Origin: Candidatus Lustribacter sp.
Lineage (GTDB): Bacteria; Vulcanimicrobiota; Vulcanimicrobiia; Vulcanimicrobiales; Vulcanimicrobiaceae
Assembly: GCA_965277805.1 (NCBI GenBank)
Contig: OZ255842.1
Span: forward strand, 3,200,001-3,264,000
Reading direction: 5' to 3'
Length of the DNA stretch: 64,000 nt
Both the position numbers and the translations under genes were made by a program. The notes below the pieces were generated by a model. That model had not been told where the DNA came from. It was given only the letters and a program-made list of their open reading frames with translations, and did no database searches. Shown piece by piece: positions 1 through 8,353 of this stretch (within the stretch, counting starts at the first letter, position 1; each line of letters opens with the position of its first letter).

Positions 1-558
1 CTCAAGACGAAACTCGATGCACTGATCGAGCAGAGCCCGAAACTCAAGGCGTTCAAGAATCAGATCAAGATCGACATCACGAGCGAAGGCCTGCGCATTC
101 AAATCCTCGACAATCAGAACCGCCCGATGTTCGATAAGGGCGATGCGGTGCTGAAGAGCTACACCAAAGATATCCTCGATCAGATCGCGCCCGCACTCAA
201 CAACGTGCCCAATCATATCTCGATCGCCGGTCATACCGACTCGCTCCCGTATCGCGGGATGCTGGACGGCTATTCCAATTGGGAACTCTCGAGCGAACGC
301 GCCAACGCGGCGCGGCGCGAATTGCTCACCGGCGGCATGCGCGCCAACAAGATCTTGCAGATCCGCGGGCTAGCCGACGCATTGCCGTTTCTGAAAAACG
401 ATCCGACGAACCCGGCCAACCGGCGCATCAGCATCGTCGTGCTCAACGCGCAAGCCGAACAGAACTTTCTGCGCGACGGTCAACAAACTGCCAGCGAAAC
501 CCCAGGTCCGGAAGCGAGCGGCTCCCCGGCTCCTGTGCCGCCGGCGGCAACGCCGTAA
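1..558 (+). CDS. motB: Flagellar motor protein MotB, C-terminal part (5' truncated by window)
   Basis: Frame open from base 1 (LKTKLDALIEQSPKLKAFKNQIKIDITSEGLRIQILDNQNRPMF); OmpA-like motifs GHTD, SNWELSSERANAARREL, NRRISIVVL. Confidence 0.9.
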   Translation, partial: LKTKLDALIEQSPKLKAFKNQIKIDITSEGLRIQILDNQNRPMFDKGDAVLKSYTKDILDQIAPALNNVPNHISIAGHTDSLPYRGMLDGYSNWELSSERANAARRELLTGGMRANKILQIRGLADALPFLKNDPTNPANRRISIVVLNAQAEQNFLRDGQQTASETPGPEASGSPAPVPPAATP

Positions 559-625
559 TTCTCCAAAGACTTAAATTGCATTAGAAACGCACCCTTTGGA
601 AAAATGGGTACGTTTGCAGAATATT

Positions 626-1255
626 ATGATGAGACTCATCGCCGCAGTCATTGCGGCCCTTTTCCTCGCCGCACCGTTAGCGGCTAACGCTCAAATGGCG
701 CCGACATATGCGGCCGGCCCCGCGGATGACGGTGACGCGAACATCCACGGTCGGATCCTCAATTTCGACGGCGCGTACTCCCTCCAGGTTCGCGATGAAC
801 AGGGCTACGTCGACAACGTCCAGCTGCATCAAGGAACGATCATCAATCCAACCGGCCTCACGTTGGCGCCGGGCATGGTCGTGAGCATCATGGGCTATAA
901 CGCCGGCGACTACTTCGCCGCGAACGAAGTCGACACGCCGTACACGTACTACTCGGGCGTCCCGTACTATGCGGGTCATCCGTGGAACTACTACGGTCCG
1001 AGCATCAGCCTCGGCTTCTTCTTCGGCAATAGCGGCTGGTGGCACGGCGGTGCATTCCACGGAGGCTACCATTACGTCGGCGGCGGCGGCGCGCGCGTCT
1101 ACAATAGCGTGCACGTGAACAACGTCTACCGCGGCGGAGCCTACCAGGGCCGCAACTACGTCGCTCGGCCCGAGCACGGCGGCTACGTCCCGCACGGCGC
1201 TGCACACGCACCGCAGCACGTCGGGGGCGGCGGCGGCGGCGACCGTCACCGCTAG
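626..1255 (+). CDS. Secreted hypothetical protein with beta-rich core and Gly/His/Tyr-rich tail
   Basis: Signal peptide MMRLIAAVIAALFLAAPLAANA; core paralogous to 14063..14512. Confidence 0.75.
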   Translation: MMRLIAAVIAALFLAAPLAANAQMAPTYAAGPADDGDANIHGRILNFDGAYSLQVRDEQGYVDNVQLHQGTIINPTGLTLAPGMVVSIMGYNAGDYFAANEVDTPYTYYSGVPYYAGHPWNYYGPSISLGFFFGNSGWWHGGAFHGGYHYVGGGGARVYNSVHVNNVYRGGAYQGRNYVARPEHGGYVPHGAAHAPQHVGGGGGGDRHR

Positions 1256-1272
1256 ACACTAGCACCGGACAC

Positions 1273-1310
1273 AAAAAAGCTCGCGGTGACCAACGTCGCC
1301 GCGAGCTTTG
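1273..1310. terminator. Bidirectional intrinsic terminator
   Basis: AAAAAAGCTCGCGG-loop-CCGCGAGCTTT hairpin between convergent genes. Confidence 0.8.
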
Positions 1311-1332
1311 CATTTGCTACCGAGCGTGAACG

Positions 1333-1812
1333 TTAGGCTTGGTAATCGAGAATCGACGAACCGGCCGGCGCGTTCACGTAGTTTTGGATCGTCTGCAGCG
1401 CCTCTTGGTCGCTCGCGTCGAGAATCGACTGGACGGACGGAACGTTGGTCAGCGCGCTCGAGGCCGACGACGTCGACGACGCGGGCGTGGTCGACGCAGC
1501 CGCACTCGTCGCTAACGTGCCGGGATGACCCGGGCTGCCGAGCAGCACCGCGGCCTGTTGGAGCACGGAGTCAGTATTGGCGAGGCTGTCCGACGGCGAA
1601 AGAAACGATGCGTAGAGCAGCTCTTGGTTGTCGTACTGCTGCAGGTTCGCATACTCAGTTTGATACGTCGACTCGGTGTTCGACGGCTTGGCTGCGGCCG
1701 GCACCGGATTCGGAGCGCTTCCGCTGCTAAGGAGGGAAGCACCGACGGACGACAGCCCGCCGTTGGGAAGCGAACTGGAAGATCCCGACGAGATTGAAGA
1801 AATGCCGCTCAT
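1333..1812 (-). CDS. Ser/Ala-rich hypothetical protein (159 aa)
   Basis: 3' part of ORF 1333..2799; ATG at 1812 preceded by TGCTATAGT extended -10; the upstream part is a shadow of the + strand gene. Confidence 0.7.
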   Translation of the reverse strand: MSGISSISSGSSSSLPNGGLSSVGASLLSSGSAPNPVPAAAKPSNTESTYQTEYANLQQYDNQELLYASFLSPSDSLANTDSVLQQAAVLLGSPGHPGTLATSAAASTTPASSTSSASSALTNVPSVQSILDASDQEALQTIQNYVNAPAGSSILDYQA

Positions 1813-1896
1813 GGCCTCACTATAGCACCGGCCCGCCCGGATGTGGCTGGGAAGCAAGCGGCGTTTACGCATTTGTGACGCGGGTCCCGCGCGGGA

Positions 1897-3081
1897 ATGC
1901 TCACGAAGCAACCGGTAGACCGCGGGATGGACCGGACCGCCCTGATCGCCGCCGCGCTCCCGATCCTCATCATCGGGTTCGGCGGCGACTACGAGCACCC
2001 CGATCCGGTCCACCTCACCCTGTTCCTCGCGGCCGGCGCCGGCATCGCGGGGGCCCTGTTGCGCAAGCCTTGGGCCGGGCTCACGATTCTCCTCACCGTA
2101 CTGGCCGCGGGCGCCTACTTGCGCACCCTGGCGGGCGACAATCGCGCGAGCGACGTCATGCTGACCACAAACGAAGCGCTCAGGGTGCTCGCGAGCGGCG
2201 GCGATCCGTATACGCACGTCTACGCGATGACGAATCCGCCGGGCGGACCCTTCGGCTATCCGCCGGGCGAACTCGCCTTTTACGGGCTCGCGCACGCGGC
2301 CGGCCTCAACGTGTTCCGCGTCGACATGCTGGCCGGCATCATCGCTCTCGGCCTGATCGCAAGCCTCGCGCCGTTGATCGGTGACGGTCTGGCCGCACTC
2401 GCCATCATGCCGCTCGCCGGTGCCGTCGACCTCATCTTTCACTCGACCGACGGCAGCAACGATACGGCCGCGGCGTTTCTGGCGCTGCTGGGTATCGTTG
2501 CTCTCGTCTGGTCGTACGACGTGCGAGGGCGGCCGGGACAAGCGTTGTGGTGGACGTCGGCGATCGCACTGGGCTGGGTCGTCGCCTTCAAGGAATACGC
2601 GTTGCCGATCGCCGTTTTCATCGCGTTGTTCTTGTGGCGCAGCGATGCACGGCGCGCGCGCGGGTGGATCGTCGCAGCAGCCGCGACGACGGCGCTGTTC
2701 GTGCTGCCGTTTTTCGCTTGGAATCCGGGCGCGTTCGTATCGAACGTCGGCGGCGCGCTGCTGCTGCATCAGAACATCTGGGGGCGCAATGTGTGGCACG
2801 ACGTGCTGAGCTTAGAGCCGGGCGAAGTGGCGATTGCACCGCTGATTCCGGTCATCATGCTGGCCGCGTTCGTAGGCCTCGCGGTCGCGCTCTGGCGACG
2901 GCCGGCGCCGAGCATCGGCGCAGCCTTGCTGCAAGGCTGCGCGCTGCTCGCAACAACCTTCGTATTGGCGCGGTGGACGTCGAGCGTCTACTACGTCTTC
3001 CTCGCGCCGCTCGCGATGACGGGAATCGCGCTCACCCTGGGGGCGGAACGCGCGACTCCCGCCGTCACACCGGACGCTTAG
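1897..3081 (+). CDS. Multi-pass membrane protein, GT-C/GT87-like glycosyltransferase
   Basis: Many TM segments; GGDPY...PFGYPP, DGSNDT and FKEYA motifs; alternative start 1927. Confidence 0.6.
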   Translation: MLTKQPVDRGMDRTALIAAALPILIIGFGGDYEHPDPVHLTLFLAAGAGIAGALLRKPWAGLTILLTVLAAGAYLRTLAGDNRASDVMLTTNEALRVLASGGDPYTHVYAMTNPPGGPFGYPPGELAFYGLAHAAGLNVFRVDMLAGIIALGLIASLAPLIGDGLAALAIMPLAGAVDLIFHSTDGSNDTAAAFLALLGIVALVWSYDVRGRPGQALWWTSAIALGWVVAFKEYALPIAVFIALFLWRSDARRARGWIVAAAATTALFVLPFFAWNPGAFVSNVGGALLLHQNIWGRNVWHDVLSLEPGEVAIAPLIPVIMLAAFVGLAVALWRRPAPSIGAALLQGCALLATTFVLARWTSSVYYVFLAPLAMTGIALTLGAERATPAVTPDA

Positions 3082-3734
3082 TGGTAAGCGGCGAGCTTGA
3101 CCGTGTTCACGCCGAGCGCGTGTGCGAGGTCGACGTGTGCCTGATCGGCGATGCGGTGGTAATTGCCGTCGGCGGCCGCGCCGAATTTGTTGTCGATGTC
3201 GACCATGACGATCTCGTGAACCTTATGCGAGACCAGATGATCGAGCATGACGCCTTCGTAGTACGTGCCGTTGATGAGGCCGGCCTTGGTGACGCGCAGC
3301 GCCAACGCGCCGCCCTTCACTGCCGGGGCCGGAAACTTGACGCCGGCCGCCGTGGCGACTTTCACCGCATCGTCGACGGCGAAGTTCTGCACGGTGACGA
3401 ACGAGGTGACCTTCGCGGCACCGTATTGCTTCGTGAGCTTGGCGACTTCCGCATTGGCGGTCGACGCGCCGGCGAGCGCCGTGACGGCCTTCGTGATCGA
3501 GAAGTGGCCGATCGGGCCGCCCGCGACGACGAGGGATACCGCTCCTTGCAGATCGGGCGCACCGGTATAGGCGATGCCGTCGGCGCCCATCGTGCCTTCG
3601 GGCATGCCGTGTTCCATGCTGCCCATCGACGACATCGCCGACGACGACATGCTCGACGTCTGCGCGCCGGCAGCGAGGGTAGAACCGAGAATCGCCGCCG
3701 CGGCGACGACGGGGAGTAGCGCGAGTTTGAACAT
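3078..3734 (-). CDS. Secreted hypothetical protein with Met-rich N-terminus
   Basis: GGAGG RBS, ATG 3734, signal peptide, MSSSAMSSMGSMEHGM segment. Confidence 0.75.
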   Translation of the reverse strand: MFKLALLPVVAAAAILGSTLAAGAQTSSMSSSAMSSMGSMEHGMPEGTMGADGIAYTGAPDLQGAVSLVVAGGPIGHFSITKAVTALAGASTANAEVAKLTKQYGAAKVTSFVTVQNFAVDDAVKVATAAGVKFPAPAVKGGALALRVTKAGLINGTYYEGVMLDHLVSHKVHEIVMVDIDNKFGAAADGNYHRIADQAHVDLAHALGVNTVKLAAYH

Positions 3735-3798
3735 CCAAACCTCCGGGATGAGAGTACGATTACGCACTCCCAACGGAGCAAGTCGCGGTTTGGATTGT

Positions 3799-4575
3799 CT
3801 ATAACGTCCGATCGAAGCTCTTGGCCAGTGCGCGCACGGAGTTGGCGAGGAGCGTCGCTTCGGTACCGACGGCTACGAACGTGGCGCCCAGTTCGAGATA
3901 GCGGCGCGCGAGCCGCTCGTCGGGGGTGAGCAGACCGGCCGGATTTCCGGTGGCGAGAATCGTGGCGATCGCGCCCTCGATCGCGGCCACCACGTCCGGA
4001 TGACCGGGATTGCCGCGATGCCCGAGCGATGCGGCAAGATCCGAGGGGCCGAGAAAGACGCCGTCGATCCCGTCGACCTCGGCAATCGCCGCAACGTTGT
4101 CGAGACCGAGCCGCGATTCGACTTGCACGAGCAAGCAGATCTCGTCCTCGCCGTTGGCGAGATAGTCCGGGAACGCCATCCAGCGCGACACGCGCGAGAT
4201 GCTCGCGCCGATGCCGCGGATGCCGCGCGGCGGATAACGCACGGCCGCAACGAGCTCGCGCGCCTGTTCCGCCGTTTCGACCATCGGGATCAGCAGCGTT
4301 TGCGCGCCGATGTCGAGCAGCTGCTTGATCAGAACGGAGTTGCCGGTCGTCGCGCGCACGACCGGGTGCGCGGGATAGGCGGCGAGCACTTGCAGCTGCG
4401 AGAGGATCAGCGGGATGTCGTTGGGTGCGTGTTCGCCGTCGATCAGGAGCCAGTCGAAACCGGCGGTCGCGCAGATCTCGGCAGTGTATGGGTTAGCGAG
4501 CGCGAGCCACATCCCGATCTGGGTGCGGTTTTCGCGCAGCGCGCGTTTGAATGGGTTGGCGTTCGAGAGCGTCAT
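3799..4575 (-). CDS. hpaI: HpcH/HpaI aldolase (4-hydroxy-2-oxoheptanedioate aldolase-like)
   Basis: GFDWLLIDGEHAP, DIGAQTLLIPMV, QVES and GPSDLAASLG motifs. Confidence 0.88.
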   Translation of the reverse strand: MTLSNANPFKRALRENRTQIGMWLALANPYTAEICATAGFDWLLIDGEHAPNDIPLILSQLQVLAAYPAHPVVRATTGNSVLIKQLLDIGAQTLLIPMVETAEQARELVAAVRYPPRGIRGIGASISRVSRWMAFPDYLANGEDEICLLVQVESRLGLDNVAAIAEVDGIDGVFLGPSDLAASLGHRGNPGHPDVVAAIEGAIATILATGNPAGLLTPDERLARRYLELGATFVAVGTEATLLANSVRALAKSFDRTL

Positions 4576-4633
4576 GCGACGACGCGGCTTCGCCGGACGA
4601 GGCGCTGGCGCATCCAGCGGACAAGAATTCGCC

Positions 4634-4939
4634 GTGCCCAGCAGGACCAAGACGCAGGAGCGGGATGCGGCGCAAACGCAGCCGATGCCGCTCTACCATA
4701 CGATCGTCCACAACTGCGACTGTCACACGTTCGAAGATGTGATCTTCGGGCTGATGCGCATCGTCGGCACCGGCCTGCGCGATGCGGAGCGGAAGGCGCG
4801 CGAGATCGATTTCTTCGGGCGCGGCATCGTCGCCACGACGACGCTCGAAGTCGCCGAGCTCTACGCCCAGCGGCTGCACAACGAAGTCGTCAGCGCCAGC
4901 GGAACGCTGCTCGGAACGTCGATCGAACCGGCGACTTAA
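4634..4939 (+). CDS. clpS: ClpS-like adaptor protein
   Basis: YHTIVHNCDCHTFEDVI...AREIDFFGRGIV...EVAE...SIEP matches the ClpS fold pattern; GTG start inferred. Confidence 0.7.
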   Translation: MPSRTKTQERDAAQTQPMPLYHTIVHNCDCHTFEDVIFGLMRIVGTGLRDAERKAREIDFFGRGIVATTTLEVAELYAQRLHNEVVSASGTLLGTSIEPAT

Positions 4940-5202
4940 GGCTTAGGTTTGAGTTTCTCGATGCGCTCTTTGGAGTACGAGACCATCGAGCCGGCCGGCA
5001 GCAGCGATGCCTTGACGACCTTCTTGCGGACGACCCGCTTGTGCGCCGGATGATGATCGTTGATGCCGCCCGGACGCGTGATCGAAAACAGCATCTGCAT
5101 CAGCGGCGTCTCGGTCGAGAGATGGATGAACGGATTGAACGTGCGGCGGCGCCGGACGGAAGCACCGTCGCGTAGGGCGTGCAGGTCATTGACGTCCATC
5201 AC
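4936..5202 (-). CDS. Small basic hypothetical protein
   Basis: AGGAG RBS before GTG 5202; fills the gap between neighbours. Confidence 0.55.
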   Translation of the reverse strand: MMDVNDLHALRDGASVRRRRTFNPFIHLSTETPLMQMLFSITRPGGINDHHPAHKRVVRKKVVKASLLPAGSMVSYSKERIEKLKPKP

Positions 5203-5298
5203 AATCTCCTAACGTGATGCGATTGGCCTTAGGCAAAGCGGCGGAAAGCCCCGCCCCGAGGCGCGGATTTAACGAAACTCTCCCCGAAGCCGCCGCGT

Positions 5299-6285
5299 AT
5301 GAGCCGCGTTCGAGTCCTCGTGGGTACCCACAAGGGGGCGTTCATCTTGTCTGCCGACGGCAAGCGCGACCGGTGGGAAGTCGGCGGCCCGCACTTTCCG
5401 GGCTGCGCGATCTCCGACGTCGTGGGCTCGGCGGCGCAGCCCAGCCGCCTCTATGCCGCGCAAAACACCGGTGAACCCGGCCCGCAAGTCCACCGTTCGG
5501 AAAGCGGCGGATTCACCTGGGAGGCGCTGGGCGTGATGCCCGGCCCGATCAGTTCGCTCGTCGCTTCGCCCAACCTCACCGACACCGTGTATGCCGCGTG
5601 CGAGGACGGGACGCTGCTGCGGTCGACCGATCGCGGCGAGAGCTGGGACGAGTTGCCTGGTCCGTACGCCGGGGGCGCGGGTCTCGTGCTGCGGCCCACG
5701 ATCATGCTCGATCCCTCGAGCGCGGACCGGCTTTACGTTTGCTCCGCAGGCGGCGCGTTTCGAAGCAATGACGGGGGCGCATCGTGGCGCGCGCTCGGCG
5801 AACCCGGGTTCGACGTCCAGCGCTTAGCCGTGCACGCCTCGAGCCCCAACCTGATCTACGGCCAGACCGCGAACGGCCTCATGCGCAGCAACGACGGCGG
5901 TGCAACCTGGAACGACGTCAGCGGCAGCCTGCCTTCGCCGTTCGGTTATACTGTCGAAGTGCACTCAATGGAACCCGAGACGATCTACGTGGTGCCGATG
6001 AAGAACGCGGCCGAAGATTACCCCGTCGACGGCAAGCTGCGCGTGTATCGCAGCCGCGCCGGCGGCACCAAATGGGAGCCGCTTACGACCGGGTTGCCGC
6101 AGCGTGACTGCTACGTCAGCGTGGCGCGCAATGCGTTGTGCGCCGACGGTCTCGACCCGTGCGGCCTGTTCTTCGGCACGAGCGCCGGCGCGGTGTACGG
6201 CTCGAGCGACTCGGGCGAAAGCTGGATGCCGATCGTGAGCTATCTCCCGCCGGTGAATTCGGTGAAGGTGCAAACGCTGCCTTGA
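5299..6285 (+). CDS. BNR/Asp-box beta-propeller protein (sialidase-like/WD40-YVTN)
   Basis: Repeated SxDxGxxW Asp boxes; VLVGTHKGAFIL N-terminus. Confidence 0.85.
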   Translation: MSRVRVLVGTHKGAFILSADGKRDRWEVGGPHFPGCAISDVVGSAAQPSRLYAAQNTGEPGPQVHRSESGGFTWEALGVMPGPISSLVASPNLTDTVYAACEDGTLLRSTDRGESWDELPGPYAGGAGLVLRPTIMLDPSSADRLYVCSAGGAFRSNDGGASWRALGEPGFDVQRLAVHASSPNLIYGQTANGLMRSNDGGATWNDVSGSLPSPFGYTVEVHSMEPETIYVVPMKNAAEDYPVDGKLRVYRSRAGGTKWEPLTTGLPQRDCYVSVARNALCADGLDPCGLFFGTSAGAVYGSSDSGESWMPIVSYLPPVNSVKVQTLP

Positions 6286-7391
6286 TCAGTCAGCAAGAAA
6301 ACGAACTGCTCACGCGCATCGGACGCGGCACGCCGATGGGCGACCTGCAGCGACGCTACTGGCACGTCGTGGGCGCGGCGTCCGAGCTGACGGACCGCGC
6401 GACCAAACGCATCCGCCTGCTGGGCGAAGAACTCGTGCTCTACAAGAACCGCGACGGCGCGTTCGGCATCACCGCCGGGTATCCGGTCGAACTGCTGGGC
6501 GGCCTGTTATGGGCGTATCTGGGGCCGCAGCCGGCACCGCTCTTGCCGCGCTGGGACGGTCTCGCCGGCGAGAGCACGATCCAGATCTGCGGCTGGAACG
6601 TGGTCAACTGCAACTGGCTGCAGATCATGGAGAACTCGGTCGACCCGGTGCACACCGAATGGCTGCACGGCGCGCTGCTCGAGTTCCGCCGCGAAAAACA
6701 AGGCACGAAGTTTGCGATCGCCTCGAAGCATCTCAAGATCGCTTTCGAAGAGTTCGAGTACGGCGTTTACAAGCGCCGCCTGCTCGAGGGCCACTCCGAA
6801 GACTCCGACGATTGGCGCGTCGGTCATCCGGTGCTCTTCCCCAACATCCTCGCGGTCGGCAGCGGCGGCGGCGACGTGTGGAAATTTCACCGCTACCAGA
6901 TTCGCGTGCCGATGGACGACGAGCACACGATGCACTACTGGTATTCCGCCTACGCGCCGCCGAGCGGCGTCGACGTTCCGCCGCACCTGCTCAACAACCT
7001 CGACTACTTCGAGATCCCGACGCGCGACGCGAACGGCGAATATCTCCTTGACATCATCAACGTGCAAGACGTGATGGCGTGGGAGACGCAGGGACCGATC
7101 GCGCAGCGGCATCTCGAAAAACTCGGCACGACCGACGTCGGGGTGATTCACTTTCGCAACATGCTCAAGCGCGAACTGGCCAACGTCGCGGCCGGCAAAG
7201 ACCCGATGGGCACCGTGCGCGATCCGGCCAAGAACACGGTGATCCAGTTCGCACTCGAACGCAACAAAGCGCACTACGCCGATAGTCTCGAGCGCGGGTT
7301 CCGGCATTCGCCGGCCAAGTACTCGGCGCTCGCCGACGATATCTGCGCGGTCTTTGCCGCCTTCAGCAAAGAACCCGCGGGCGTTCGCTAA
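6282..7391 (+). CDS. Rieske oxygenase alpha-subunit-like (phthalate 4,5-dioxygenase/LigX type) lacking the Rieske [2Fe-2S] motifs; possible pseudogene
   Basis: ENELLTRIGRGTPMG..RRYW start, ENSVDPVHTEWLH and QD iron ligands; no CxH/CxxH; TTG start overlaps upstream TGA. Confidence 0.75.
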   Translation: MISQQENELLTRIGRGTPMGDLQRRYWHVVGAASELTDRATKRIRLLGEELVLYKNRDGAFGITAGYPVELLGGLLWAYLGPQPAPLLPRWDGLAGESTIQICGWNVVNCNWLQIMENSVDPVHTEWLHGALLEFRREKQGTKFAIASKHLKIAFEEFEYGVYKRRLLEGHSEDSDDWRVGHPVLFPNILAVGSGGGDVWKFHRYQIRVPMDDEHTMHYWYSAYAPPSGVDVPPHLLNNLDYFEIPTRDANGEYLLDIINVQDVMAWETQGPIAQRHLEKLGTTDVGVIHFRNMLKRELANVAAGKDPMGTVRDPAKNTVIQFALERNKAHYADSLERGFRHSPAKYSALADDICAVFAAFSKEPAGVR

Positions 7392-8353
7392 GCGAGGGCG
7401 TTCGGGTCGATGACGTCCTTGGCGGGGAACGCCGCCGCCAGCGCCTTGTACTTCACCGCGGCGTCGATGATCGGCTGAATCATCTTCGGATCGAGCTGCT
7501 TTGCATTCGTCGCCACCGGCGAGAGCGACTGCGCGGCGATGACCTTCTCCTCGATGCCGCTGTACTTCGCGAGCAGCGGAATCATCTGCTGGAAGTTGGC
7601 GTTGGCGTACGTGGCCGCTTCGTAGAGGCCGCGCCGGAAGCGCGTCATCACGTCGGCGTTCTTTGCGGCGAAGTCGGCGGTGCAGAAATACGCGGTCACG
7701 ATGAAGTGTTTGGCGATCCCGTCTTGGCCGTGGCCGATTACGCGGAATCGCCCGCTTTGCAATGCATCGCCGAGGATCGGATTGGCGATGTTGGCGGCAT
7801 CGACGCGTCCGGCGGCGATCGATTCGGCGGCCGCCCGATGCGGTAATTCCAGAAACTTCACCGTGCGCGAGTCGCCGCCGCGCTGGTCCATCCACGACGA
7901 GATTGCGATCTGGTAGAGATCGCCGAGCGAGGGCACCGAAATCGTTTTGCCGTCGAGGTCGCGGCCGGTGCGAATCGGCGAATCCTTGGCGACCAGCAGC
8001 GCGGATTCGGGCACGTCGGTGTTCCAAATCGAGCCCGGCGCTTCGAGCACGAGCGAGACGCCTTTGGCGTGCGCGTTGAGCAGCGAGAGCAGGCTGCCTT
8101 TTCCGATCTCGAGCGAACCGCCGATGACGGCCGCCGTCACGACCGCACCGCTGTTGGAACTGCGCACGTCGACGTCGAGACCATACTTCGCGAAGATACC
8201 GCCCTGCTGGCCCCAAAGCGCGCCGATGATGTCGTGATCGGGCGAGCCGGAGAGCCGCAGTTTCGTCAGCGTCTGCGCGCTCGCGAAGCGCGGCACGGAT
8301 GCAAACGCCGCCAGCGTTGCGAGAAACGCCGCGCGGCCGGGTGTGAACGTCAT
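7388..8353 (-). CDS. ABC substrate-binding protein, SsuA/NMT1 family
   Basis: Signal-like leader; FAKYGLDV, SPIRTGRDLDGKTI, GRVDAA motifs. Confidence 0.85.
   Translation of the reverse strand: MTFTPGRAAFLATLAAFASVPRFASAQTLTKLRLSGSPDHDIIGALWGQQGGIFAKYGLDVDVRSSNSGAVVTAAVIGGSLEIGKGSLLSLLNAHAKGVSLVLEAPGSIWNTDVPESALLVAKDSPIRTGRDLDGKTISVPSLGDLYQIAISSWMDQRGGDSRTVKFLELPHRAAAESIAAGRVDAANIANPILGDALQSGRFRVIGHGQDGIAKHFIVTAYFCTADFAAKNADVMTRFRRGLYEAATYANANFQQMIPLLAKYSGIEEKVIAAQSLSPVATNAKQLDPKMIQPIIDAAVKYKALAAAFPAKDVIDPNALA

Noticed and set aside
585-615. Imperfect inverted repeat AAACGCACCC/GGGTACGTTT after motB
   Set aside because: Ambiguous between terminator and promoter overlap; weak U-tract, so not called
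1813-2799. Upstream extension of the 488-aa minus-strand ORF
   Set aside because: Antisense shadow of the membrane glycosyltransferase gene; Arg-rich nonsense composition
5203-5298. c-di-GMP-I riboswitch-like GGCAAA...GAAA stem
   Set aside because: Second stem with GCAAAG and tetraloop receptor not found
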